This document shows positions 13,618-25,319 of a stretch of DNA of 64,000 bases, in pieces. Source of the DNA: Massalongia carnosa. Its lineage: Eukaryota. Below the pieces are notes generated by a model, which saw only the letters and a program-made list of their open reading frames with translations, was not told the DNA's origin and made no database searches. Position 1 is the first letter of the stretch. Each line of letters begins with the position of its first letter. The stretch is taken from assembly GCA_965645245.1 (NCBI GenBank), contig OZ287072.1, positions 1,488,001 to 1,552,000 of the forward strand, written 5' to 3'. Both the position numbers and the translations under genes were made by a program.

Positions 13618-16600
13618 TGCTGCTGCGTTTGGTGGATTTGACGATTCAGCAAGAGAAGACTAAGCAATCTCGACGACCCACCGTATCTTTCTAACCTACG
13701 CTCTTTTAATGGGTCTGACGTTTACATTCCCGTCACGGCTTTCTCCGCTTCTTTTCCACGACGATCACCGCTGTTACGAAAGACACCAACGAGTGTGTAC
13801 TTTGTAACACTCCTCATAATCTCGCACGAAAGCGAGACGCTAGATTCCCCACTACTACTAGCGCATTTCCGGGGCAACTCGCTCCCATGTCGTTCGCCTG
13901 ATCTTAACTCCTGCATTACTATGTAGCATCAACAAATTTCAAACATCACGAAAGTGTTGTCTTGCCTATGTCACTCGTAATCGTAGTGTGTGTTGGATCT
14001 CGAGTTGACTTGATTCCTACTCGTAGATGTTTATGCCATCGGACAGAATCAAGCGAATGGAGGGGAAACGCGGTGACGTGACTTGGTGACGCGTTCATTT
14101 CGCGATTTATCTTCAATTTAAAATGGAGTAACGTGATCTGCTACGGAGTACAAGGCACCTTTGTACGATACTTCGGCTACGGTATGCAGCGAGTTAACAC
14201 CGTCATGTGGTATTCTCGGTATTTCTCTTTCGTTACTCTGTACAGAGTATTCGGAACATGTTCGTGGCATAGGCTAAGCGCGTAGACTCCTAGACAAGGC
14301 ATGACTGAGAATGCTTGGGTTCCGAATCCGAACCGTGCCGTTTACATGTTAGGTCGAGATCACTGGGGTTTAGGTAAAGGAAACAAGCGTTGTGCTCGGA
14401 TACAACGAATACCTCGTGGCGGCCAGGACCTCATAGCGAAGCTGAATTGAGAATACGTTCGTGGACCTTATTGATTGGCAAAAGATTTGGTTAGGTGAGG
14501 CTGCAAAAAAGTCAGGCGAACTCCTTGACGCAAAAATGGATTTTGCCATCGAGGTGACTCATAAGATACGAGCAACTCCAAACATTCATATACATTTGTA
14601 CCCATATCTACATTGTGCACTAGCAACCCCTAAAGACATTGCCGGCCGTGGAGCTTGAGCGGGGTTTGAAAACATGAAGATCTTGGTACTTCTATGAGTA
14701 TGATCCTTATCCAAAGCTATCTAGGAAGACGGGCCTCACCTGGCGATGCTCACGCGATGAGCATAAAGCTTCGCCGCTCACACCCGTCTTCTATTTCCGC
14801 CAAGCGCTCAAGAAATGTCTAGGCTAAAATAGCAAGCAGCCGAATCTCTTGAAGGCTATATTTCAGAGTCGGTGGCCTCCGGATTGTCGGGAATGGGTCT
14901 GAGAGCGTACACTAAAGCCGGTGCCTCATTCCGAGGCCATAAAGGGCCTCTACAACTCAAGCCCCGCGCGTTCCCGGCTACTTTCGTCGCCTGCAAAGGG
15001 GCTCCATCTCAAAGATTACTCGCCGGGGCAAGATGGGCAGCAGTTTTACGTCTCCTTGAGGTGTCATAATCTCTCCGCCTCAACGACGAAAGAATTGCAA
15101 TCTCTTCTTACTCGCAGACTTATTAAAGTGGCAGTCGCCCTGCCTACACTGAGTTCGTCAATGAGCTTCAATAAGCGCTCCTTTCACTTGCACTGGCAGC
15201 TTCATTCATATTTGGCTATGTGCACCTGTACCGTCAAGGCAATGTCTCTAAAACCCAGCTACTCAGTGAAGGGTTTGCACAATATGATACTAAGAATTTC
15301 GTTGCAAAAACTTGAGTAATGTCCTTTGAGCATCTTCGCAAGCACGAAGCCCAGCCAGCATATATACTTGGTTAATTTAGCATGTTCGACTCGCAAGCGC
15401 TGCTAGAGGATTTTCTACCCGTAGGAGAAGTCCTGTTGTCATTTAATTGGACTATGCTATTGGGGTTCTGAAAGTCTAATGCTTCGTCTCGATACGTCCA
15501 CGGTCCTTCGCAAGCAACCCCCGCCTAATATTCAATATACATCGCTTAATGCGACTCGCTACATGCGGTTTGCTCGGATTAAATAGCGTTTTCGGCTTAT
15601 GGGTTGCAGAGACGATCAATCAAGCTGCCACAACATGCGTGCAGACTCAGAAGCAAGCGGCTAACCCCAGTGTCGTACTTCTGCTAATATGTTGTGCCAA
15701 GCACCGATACCGGCTTTCCTTCTCATAGCGAAAGATAGCACAACCTACTTGCCAGATTTTTAAATGTGCAAAATGGCTATGGTGCGTTGAAGATCGCAAC
15801 ATTTGTGTGGAATGTGTTACAAAAATCCTGACTTTTGAATTGGGCCTGTGTCATCACATTATATTGCATCCACTGTTGCCCCGCCGACGGAACTCAGCAC
15901 TACGTACGGCTACTTTAAAGGCGTTTTCTTGTGTGGCATCAAGGATATCACTTCTAGGACTGGACCTGATAGATGGCGCCAAATGACTTGTCTATTGAAG
16001 ATCTGGGGCTGAAAGTCCTCCTTTGGCTCCCAGAGTCCGCTCATTTCCTCACCCCTCGGCCAGCAAAAGAAAATCTATTTAGACCCTTCCGTCATCTATT
16101 TCAAGGATGGACACATTAAACGATCCAGATTTTCGAGAAATCACTTTACAGGAAGAGTGGTGATTATGGGCTGTAGGCAAATGGTTTCGAAGCTTTACCG
16201 CAAAACCTGTACTGATCTCGTAATCTAGGATTCAAAGTGGACCGAACCTCCTAGCCGCTCCGTTTTATCATTGGACGGTCTTGAAGGCATTCAGTATTCT
16301 CGTCCTTAATCCGAGCAGGAGAATCTATCCGTAGATGCTATGAGACAACCACCAAAGTGTTCTCCCCCTCCCCCCTCCCTTTCCCTGTCAGGCTTAGACT
16401 AGCTGCCATGTCTGGACAAGGCACGTATTTTTTTTTTGGCCTTGCGACCCCTTCTTGGGATATTATAGGCAATAGCCAAGTAGTTGAGAGTAAATTTTTG
16501 CCGAAACAGGTTAAATGAGTTTTTATTTTTTAAATAAACTAATCGCTCGAAAATGAGAAGAATAGGGGGGATGCTGAGAGGTAAGGCGGGTTGGGTTTGG

Positions 16601-17832
16601 GGGGGTGTTTGATGGTGGAAAGATTATGATAGAAAGGTTTTCTTTTGGGGGGATAATTCATGTGAGAAGCCAATCCACTGCGAAGCAAGGCTCTTGGAAA
16701 GACAGAGGCGCCTTTCCATTCCTCCGGCTTCAATTCTCGGCTCCCCGCCCTCCCCATCTCCCCCTTTAGAACGGTAGAGGAAGAAATCATACGCGTCTTT
16801 CCTCCCCCCTTGTGTCTTCTAAATAGCTAATCTTTGTAAATATAATACCGAAACATATGCAACTTCAAGATCTGCTCCATGGATCACGACGCTGTTTTTC
16901 CAACGGCTGGTTTTCGGCACACCACAGGAAGCTAGCTAGCAACTACAGCCAGGGAGGTATCGCTATGTGGCGTTCCCTTCGGAGGCACTTGGTCGATGAG
17001 AGGTGAAGGCAAAGGGGTCCTCGGCATCCATGGCGTCAACCACAGCGAAAGCGCTGACAAGCCGAAAGCGAGGCGAGGGCGAGCCGGTTGACGAGGAATT
17101 GGTCAACCCGGATGAGCAGGTCCGATGCAACCTTTCTGGAGGGCTCGTCCTATCTCGGTTTTGCGAACGATTCACCGATGGGGCGCTTTAGCGAGCTCTT
17201 TCTCGCTAGCCAGCTCGGTTTTGGGGGCTTCAGGGGACATGAAATAAACATGGATGAGGTAACCTTGGTGATTTTTTACGATGACGAGTAATGTAACGTG
17301 GAATGGTTTAATTTTCTTCGAAATATTCCCGCAGAGGTCTGTTCCCCTAGCTTTGGGTTATTGGTATCCCTGAGAGCTGCCTTTTCGGCAATATTCTCTA
17401 GGACATTCCTTGATCAGCGGGTTCAGTTCTGTATTCGATTCTCAGCAGTAGCGTCGTTCCCCGACTTTGCTCCAACTCTCTGTTATAGTCGATGCAGCAA
17501 TGCATTAAGACAGGCGTCAGGCCAACGAAAACAGTTGTCTTGTGCACCCAAACTGATCAGATCATCTAGCTAACTGCTTCGTCGCCTTGAAACCTTTAGT
17601 GCGCTTATGAAGTTGCAAATAGATGGTACTCCTCCCCTGCATCTACTCTAACCTCTTTCCTGTAAGCAGCTTACTGGGCGTGTTTGTATATACCAAATAT
17701 ACCTCAAATCTCGCCGTAAGCTTCTGTTCTCGACAAGCTGTAGCCCGATATTTAAAACAAGAAACAAAAAAGAAGTGTAGTCGCCCTGTCTCGACGCTCC
17801 ATCCATACAGATTCCGGGCGCTCCTGGACGTA

Positions 17833-19628
17833 ACGTAATTGCCACCTATTCGGGCCAGCCACCTATTCGGGCCGGCCACCCGCAAATTTCACCATCATCG
17901 CCAAATAGAGAAACACCATCAGCGCATTACCTCTATCAACATCAAAACTAGCTAAAAACATCACTGTCCATGGCCAATTCCTTCCAGGCAATCTTCGCGA
18001 ACTTCACTTTCCCATTTAAAGCATGATATCGTGCCTTTTGTTGGCCAATGCTTCATCCTTTTGCCTCTTCTCCTCTACCAACTCCCGTTCTTTACCCACC
18101 GTCAGCACTTTTGCTTTTCCATGCCCTTTTCTAGACGTCTTTTGACGTCGTTGATCCTGTTTGGCAATCAATTCCTGATTGGTATGCTGTAAAATAATTC
18201 TATCAGCAACAGCATTCAAAGCGGTTGTTTTTAGAACATCAACATGCGCGCGGAGAGACGGAGTCATACGAGTCAACAAAACGTCGCTGGCCTCTTGAAT
18301 CCGTTTGGTCGTTTTGGGAGTGTCATTATTGACGTCGCGACAAGATGGAGGAGTGACTGGTCTAGGTAATTTGTCTATAACATGCTGAGGATTGTACGGA
18401 ACCAGACCTGTTCCTCGCCAGGCACTCAGGATGTTGGTGGTGGACATGGCCTGTTTTCTTGCGACCTGAATTAGATTTAGAAATTCCACCTTCGAGACGT
18501 TTACGGCCCCGTAACGAGATCTGCTAGAAACTAATTGCTTGTAGGCCTTACTCAATGGTCCAAAAACACCCACGTCCAATGGTTGCAATAGATGGGTGGA
18601 ATGAGGAGGTAGACACAAGGGTACAATCTTGTTTTGATCGCAGAACTCCATGAATTCCATTGTGATGTGACTGTCATGCCCATCGACAATCAACAGTCTA
18701 TAAACCCCTTGAGTGCGACTTGTTTGTGGATGGAAAACTTCTTTTAACCAATGCAAAGCTATTTCCCGGTCCGTCCATCCATTGGGACTGACCCGAATAG
18801 TTGTTTTCTCATCCGTAATGGCTGCATACCAGGCTTGCTGAATCTGAGCACCTTGAAATATGATATAAGCAGGAAGAATACTCCCGCGAGAGGATATACA
18901 CTCAATTAAAGTGACCCAATCCCTGTTTCCTGGATGCACATTGAAAGGTGCTGTATTACCTCTTATTATGACCTTAGAACTGTCCGCAATGCCCATGGCA
19001 AATCCTTTTTCATCCATGTTGTATATATCTGCATCTGCGACACCGTATTTCTCGCGAGTGGTCATGTACAAATCAAACCAATCCTTCATGATAACAGGGT
19101 CGCTGGCGTCTTTTCTGACCTGATCCAAATTTCTATTGTATTTTAACTTGAATTCAGGATGTCTGTTCAAAAAGTTTTTATACCAATGGTGTCCAAGCGC
19201 TTTTCGATCCCCTTTGGCCTCCATCAAACTCTTAGCCATGCCTTCAAGATGTATAATTCGAGGGGGCCAGCCCCATGCAGTCATTCTTTCAATCCATGTA
19301 ATCAGTGCTTGTTCCTCCTGTACGGATAGTCTTTGCATAGTTTGATGATAGGATTTTGCAGGTTGTCTCCCCCGTAAACGAGCTTGAAGCGTCGATCGAG
19401 GAATGTCATAAACACGGGCGATTTCTCGTTGTGATACATTAGGATTTTCCCGCAAATATTCAACAGCTAATTCTAAACGAGTATTAGAATCTGATACATC
19501 TAATTTTGAATTCATTTGAATATGGTTGGATGGTGGTGATGAATGATAATGGAAAAGAATTAGGTGGCCAATGGATTTTGATGGGGCGGCCCGAGTAGGT
19601 GGCTGGCCCGAATAGGTGGCAATTACGT
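17833..19628 (-). mobile_element. Fot1/pogo-like DNA transposon, 1796 bp, full length
   Basis: TA target duplication at 17831-32 and 19629-30. 42-bp TIRs ACGTAATTGCCACCTATTCGGGCCAGCCACCTA(T/C)TCGGGCCG with one mismatch, each carrying two copies of GCCACCTA(T/C)TCGGGCC. Confidence 0.97.
18016..19515 (-). CDS. pogo/Fot1 transposase (HTH_psq + CENP-B HTH + DD35D)
   Basis: 499-aa ORF with YNMDEKGF, LIVDGHDSH and LQPLDVGVF; 35 residues between the second and third Asp. Confidence 0.95.
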   Translation of the reverse strand: MNSKLDVSDSNTRLELAVEYLRENPNVSQREIARVYDIPRSTLQARLRGRQPAKSYHQTMQRLSVQEEQALITWIERMTAWGWPPRIIHLEGMAKSLMEAKGDRKALGHHWYKNFLNRHPEFKLKYNRNLDQVRKDASDPVIMKDWFDLYMTTREKYGVADADIYNMDEKGFAMGIADSSKVIIRGNTAPFNVHPGNRDWVTLIECISSRGSILPAYIIFQGAQIQQAWYAAITDEKTTIRVSPNGWTDREIALHWLKEVFHPQTSRTQGVYRLLIVDGHDSHITMEFMEFCDQNKIVPLCLPPHSTHLLQPLDVGVFGPLSKAYKQLVSSRSRYGAVNVSKVEFLNLIQVARKQAMSTTNILSAWRGTGLVPYNPQHVIDKLPRPVTPPSCRDVNNDTPKTTKRIQEASDVLLTRMTPSLRAHVDVLKTTALNAVADRIILQHTNQELIAKQDQRRQKTSRKGHGKAKVLTVGKERELVEEKRQKDEALANKRHDIML

Positions 19629-22521
19629 TACAACCTTTCCTTGGGCACTGTTGACATGATCAATATGGGTTTCACTATCTCGGTGTTTCTACCTCGTCTG
19701 CCAGCTTTGCTGAATATTGTGCTCATCCTTCCTTACTACCACGGAGAACCACAAAGTCAAAGGCTGCAGCTTCATAGCGTTGCTCAAGTATCTGACCTAG
19801 AATATGTCTAACACCTGCTTAAATGCCTGATTAGATGCCTGCGGAATTTTTTTGGTGAGGTCGTGGAGATCTTTTCCATCCAAGTTCTCAATATTCCCAT
19901 CATTCTCAATAGGGTAATACATAGATCATTCATCTTGATCATCTTCAAAGAGAGTCAAACCACAGTCGCCATTGCAAGATATTGCTCTCGATGGTTGAAA
20001 AGTGTACACGAATGTATCAGAGGTATTATATCCAATAAATGAAAGTGACGAGGGCGAAGACGCCATGGTAGATGATTTTGAGTGTCTCCACCATGAGAGA
20101 GCGCTTTTTCTGTGGGTTGCTCCCTGGGGATAAAGCCTTGGGTGTTGACGTTGCTGGCGGGTTGAAATTGCGTTGAGAACGGAACTTATATCTAACTAAA
20201 AAACAGGTCATCCCTCACTGATAGCGTGTTAGCATCTCCTTATCAACCCTGCACTCTAGTCTCCTGTTTAGTTATAAGCGAGATCTGATAAAGTACTGAT
20301 GATGCTTTAGTGGTGTGGATGGTGGTTAGGTCGAAAGAAATATGAAGAGGAGAGTCTTGGAGGAAATTTATAAGATTAAAGAGAAATGATGAACATGAAA
20401 CTCGTTGTCTCTGTTCCGTTAACGTTGACAAAAACGTGCCGTGATATTATATTGGGACTCGTTGCAGCTTTGCCAACGAAAGCATACCCGCAATGGATAC
20501 ACGCATGAGAGGAAACCCAAGCCTTTACGATAAAGTAACCTTGCACGCCAAGCATACAAAAAGCATAGGATACTCGACTGATCTCTCAGAGGGCCGAGCA
20601 CTTTGAGACTGCGCATCTCAAACGAATCCGCCCATCTCTTATCATTCATGCGGAAAATATTGAATCCAAAAAACTCACCTAAGATAACTTCAGTGGGATT
20701 AGGATGAGATAACGTAAATTGATGGAAACCTTGCAATATCATTTATGTAATGTGGAGAAAAAACGAGCTTATAGAATCGAAAGGATAGAAGAGAAAACCG
20801 GAAGATGAGTAGAAGTGATGAAGATATAAAAGAGAAAAGAAATAACTTTATATACAACTTAAGATATGTGATTACATCTTCACCATTTCACTTTGCCGTA
20901 AATTTTTGACACAGGATGCAGCGATGAATGAGTCTTTGAGCATGATTCTGGCTCCATCATGCTCGCGGATCAATAAACGATTTGTTCGACCTCCGCATAG
21001 AACCACAACTCCGCGTCTTGTCTTTACCAGAAAAATATTCAAAGATAGCAAGAAAAGCCGGCAACATGGATGGATTGTTAGGGATCATGGCAAAGGTGAA
21101 CGAGGGCGGATCATCTTATGCCCAGGTGTATCGATTAGAACGGCCCTGAAAGGTGAGGTATAAATACCAAAACTGTGTTTGGAATGGGGGAGGAATGCAT
21201 TAGATATGATTTTACGTAACTGCCGCTTATTTTGTTATCGCGCTTGGTAGACTAGCAGGATAGAGAAGCATACCATCCTCCGTGACGGGAGCAGTTCAGG
21301 GCAGTCATCTCCTGTGCCTGTCGTGGAGATGAAGTGTTAAGCACATGCCTCATACTCGGTTCTAAAGGAGCCTGAGCCATTCTATGCAGCGTCTCTTAGG
21401 TAACGCTAAACCATGGATTCCTCTCTCTCTACCTTACATACACACGTGGATATTTATTTGGCTGTGTTTAGAAAAGCCTTGGTCTTTTGAGCTCGGGTCA
21501 CTGCCAGTCGATCATTAGCACGTCCAAGGCATGCCATATAAGCACGTAAGCTTTGCTTCCGTGAATTGGTGCGGTCGGCTAACTCCAAGACGGTCTCGGG
21601 TCCGAATTCTCGGATCTTATAATCCGAACGAAGGGAATACCCGAAAAATCCGCGCTGTCGTTCGTCAACAAAGTACCGGACCCGCGAGGGCGGGAGAAAA
21701 TGCGCTCCGTGGCGATACGTACCTACTCTGTACTTGAGCTTCAGACTTGCGGTAGCTCGATGAGCAGGCGCTAGCGGTGCATGTCCTTAAGGTAAGTAAA
21801 TAGATGTGGCATCTTTAAGAACGCTGAAGTAGTGGACCGTATGTCAGGGTTAGTAGACGGTTTGATCTAACCGCTTGCAAATCATATCCGTATATCGTGC
21901 CGTCCTGCCGTCTGGCACGAAGAAGCAATCGTATAAAAGAGCGGAGGTCTGCGACGTGCATGTGCATGGCTGCCCTTAGAGCTAGCCCCAACCCTAATTC
22001 CACCTCTACTTCGTGGGATCCTCGATTCTGAAGGCTGAATGTCGGGCGGTTTGGTTCACGGGATTCAATGAAAGAAACGAAGGTTGCTTAAGCATAATCG
22101 TTTTCGCTTATTGTTGATAGTCTCGTTCGATTTCACCATCAGCCACGGCCTATTGATTTAGTTCGCGTCACTCTTGGCATACCGCCATGGCTGGGCATTC
22201 GCCGATTCCCTTAAACTTGAAGGTAGGCGGCTGGCATCTAAGCAGCCGATGTAACGCTGCGATCAATATCCTCATGTTATGTTTCATCGGTCTTTCACTA
22301 GTTCGGAAGACGGTTTGTGTTGAGGAGACTGAATAGAACTGGTATATGCTCGGAGCTGAGTGGAGGATGAAATAGCAACCAATCCACAACAAAAGATTAG
22401 AAAAAGCTGATTTCAGATCCCATTCAGCTGCGTTTGTGATTTTTTTTAACTACCGAGAGAGAGGGATGGAGTAGAGTTGTCTTCATCCCATATGCAGATC
22501 AGAAATCATCAATCCTAAAGC

Positions 22522-23356
22522 ATGAAGCTTTCCTTTCTCTGTTCTCTGGCTTGCTGGCTTGGTTTGGCTTACGCCGGCGGCCTAGGAACTGATTGTGGGG
22601 AGGAGGTGAATATCTATGCGTCAACGGCGCTAACCCATACTTTCAACGCTGATTTCACCAGAACCACAAAGGTACATGTAGGGCGGAAGGCCACGATCGT
22701 ACGGGTTGTAGAAACAACGAAATCATTATCAAAGGACAGTGTGACAACAGTAAGATGTTCTTTTTGAGACTCTCGAGCCCTTCTTTTCGGTGATGCTCTC
22801 GATGAGTAGCTAATGCCATCAACTCATCGCAGCATTGGTGTGTTGCGCAACGGTGCATTGTACTGGCCACCTTTATACACAATGGTACTGCCAGAATTCG
22901 AAGGACAATAACTGTATGGGTACTTTTGATTACGGGTTCGTGCTATTCCATCTTTACTAGGTACATTGCAATAGCTAACGGCTGTTGATAGCAGGGCTTG
23001 CCCCGGTGAGAACAAATGTTGTGTTATATTAAGGGTGGATAATGGAGCTGAAGATGAATGAGGTCGCTGATGGCGGTGGCGTGCCTCCCGAAGGTACCGC
23101 TATTACCACTGGGGAATACGATCCCTTTGGTGAATTTGACGTTAGCGAGGATCTTATCGATGGCGGAAAACTGGCAGTTGAATACGCATTTACTGGCGAC
23201 AATGGATTCATTCCATACAAGAAAGCTTCTGCTGAGAATAGTGTTCCAACTGGAAATGAGTTTGCGCCTATTCAGGATGATGCTTCTGCTGATAAAGTCA
23301 CTGCCGGCGAGAAGACTCCCAACGGCGGCTTGGAGTATGATAGCCTGGTGATTTAA
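22522..23356 (+). CDS. Putative secreted protein; 3' part out of frame (possible pseudogene)
   Basis: Signal-peptide-like MKLSFLCSLACWLGLAYA. Clean introns at 22750-22832 and from 22914. The third exon gives an early stop (GLPR*), while an acidic 104-aa ORF (23042-23356) lies in another frame. Confidence 0.45.
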
Positions 23357-23761
23357 ACCTTGGACTGACGATGGAACAATATGTAAGGGGAAACAAGTGA
23401 AGAAACGTTAACTAAAAGGTTAGGAGATGAAGTTAGAAGAGCAAGGAACAGCAGATGAGTGAACATATATGTTTGGCTACGCGAATTAAGGAAGAATACC
23501 GTTAAATTTAGATGACGAGAGAGGGAAGAGGTTTGGGGAGAGGGTGAAGTAGACTAGGAATCCATATATATATTCTATAGGTTTCTGTCATTTCTAGTGA
23601 TAGGAGGCGGTGCCTCATGCATTTCAGTCTGCTTTCTTGCCTCGTGCCTCATTAGATGATCCGGGCATTTCCATAATGCATAGATAGATGCAACAGGCCC
23701 GTATCCCTACCAGCTTATCAGCCATTCCCAATCGACGACACTCTCAATGGCCCTTTCATCC

Positions 23762-24314
23762 TCAAGGCGTAGGGGTAGCAGCAATCACCGGGCATTTAGT
23801 GCAAACTGCAAACTGGCCCGACTCATCACTTTGAGCGCAAACATCAAAAGGTACCTGAGCCTCGGCACATTTATAGGCACAGCAAGGATCGGGGGGCGTG
23901 GGACAGGCATTAATACTCCTAGGAGAGCAGGTAGAAATGGACAGCGTAGTGGTGGGAGGCGGAATTGTTATTGTTGTGGTCGTCACCGGCGCTAGGCAAC
24001 GACAAGCACTGGAAAGCCTCTGAATATGTTTTAGTGATACGGCTTCTTTGTAAGAGAATGAGAGGCCCACCGAATGAGCATAGGCTGTAATAGTAGGGGG
24101 AACTTTCATGGTGCTATTGCCTGTGAGTACGCTGTGTATAAGAGATAATGGATAGTGCTACGTACGGAGTAGCAAGATATTGGCTGCAAAAATTTGGGAC
24201 AGCTTTGTTCTGATAATTGGCAACAGCTCTGTAACAATCATCGTGATCACAGGCGTTTCCTTGCTCTGCTGCGGCAAGCCCAGCCGCGATAACCAGGACG
24301 TAAGCGAATTTCAT
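23762..24314 (-). CDS. Small secreted cysteine-rich protein (166 aa, 13 Cys)
   Basis: Signal peptide MKFAYVLVIAAGLAAA. A 52-nt intron (24165-24114, GTACGT...CTCAC...ATAG) joins the two ORFs in frame. CxxDxCxRA...FC...LSSACRCL domain, Thr/Pro linker, second Cys-rich module. Confidence 0.85.
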
Positions 24315-25319
24315 GCTGAAAAGAGAAACGAGAATTTCAACTGTCCTTTGTCGGGGTGTCGATGGATTTTAGGGGGGGGAAGGAAAGACTTGGAAGATGG
24401 AGGTGCATAGAGCAGGTCCTCGGCTTATGTATGTGCAAGTGCTTGTCAGATTGTCAGCTTATTTGCATTTGCTACCACCGTGACTGCATATCGTCGAGGT
24501 AATCCGTAAGTTACCTCCACGATGCTACCTTTGGTAGAAGTAGGTATTCTCGAAGGAAAATCGGCGGCAACTTAGTTCTGATTCCTTCGGAATTTTCTCT
24601 TCAAGGTGAAGCAATCTAAAAGGTGCTATGCGTATGCTGTTATATGCTTGCCTCAGTACCTCAGACCTGCCTTGCCCTTGCCACAGCTAAGCCTTTTCGG
24701 ATTAGTATATACTTAGTCAGAAGCTAAGTCAATTTAGTTAAATGTTTAATTGTTTTAGGATAAGATCTACAGCGAACTTAGTAAACAAAGTCTAACTTTA
24801 AATGGTTAGAAATATAGGCTAAATAAGTTAGCGCCGAGCTAACTGAAAGAGATTAGTGCAAGCGAAGGCTGTGCCACAGCAAAAGTTCTGGCTAGCGTAT
24901 TTTAGCTTGCATTAGCTTCCGCCACTAGACAAGGGTGTGGTAAAATTTTTAAAAAAAGGTTCTCCGGGCATCAAGAGATAAAATGCTTCAATATTTGTAA
25001 TTTATAGTTGATTTTAGTTGATATTTTGTAGCTATCATCATCATGACTCGTCCTCAAGATAACACACTGACTCTCGCTCAAAGACTTCAGGTCTTGACTC
25101 TCGTAGAGCATGGAGTATCAGCCAAAATAGTAGAGGAAATCACTGAAGTCTCGACGAGATCTATCAGTCATATCAAGAAGAAAGCAAGAAGCAGAGGATA
25201 TGATCCCGAGATCTCACGAGTCTTGAAGATGGAATATGTAGAAGATGCACCTCGTTCAGGCCAACCTTCTAAAGTAACACCTGCATTGGAGGAGGCTATA
25301 TTGACTGATGTACGGAGTA

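Noticed and set aside
16960..20650. Minus-strand gene interrupted by the pogo element
   Set aside because: Frames read across the empty TA site and look coding-like, but stops are frequent and no family motif was recognised.
21596..21644. Nested inverted repeats TCGGGT...TCGGAT/ATCCGA...ACCCGA as a MITE or ncRNA
   Set aside because: Only 6-bp stems, no target duplication and no second copy in the window.
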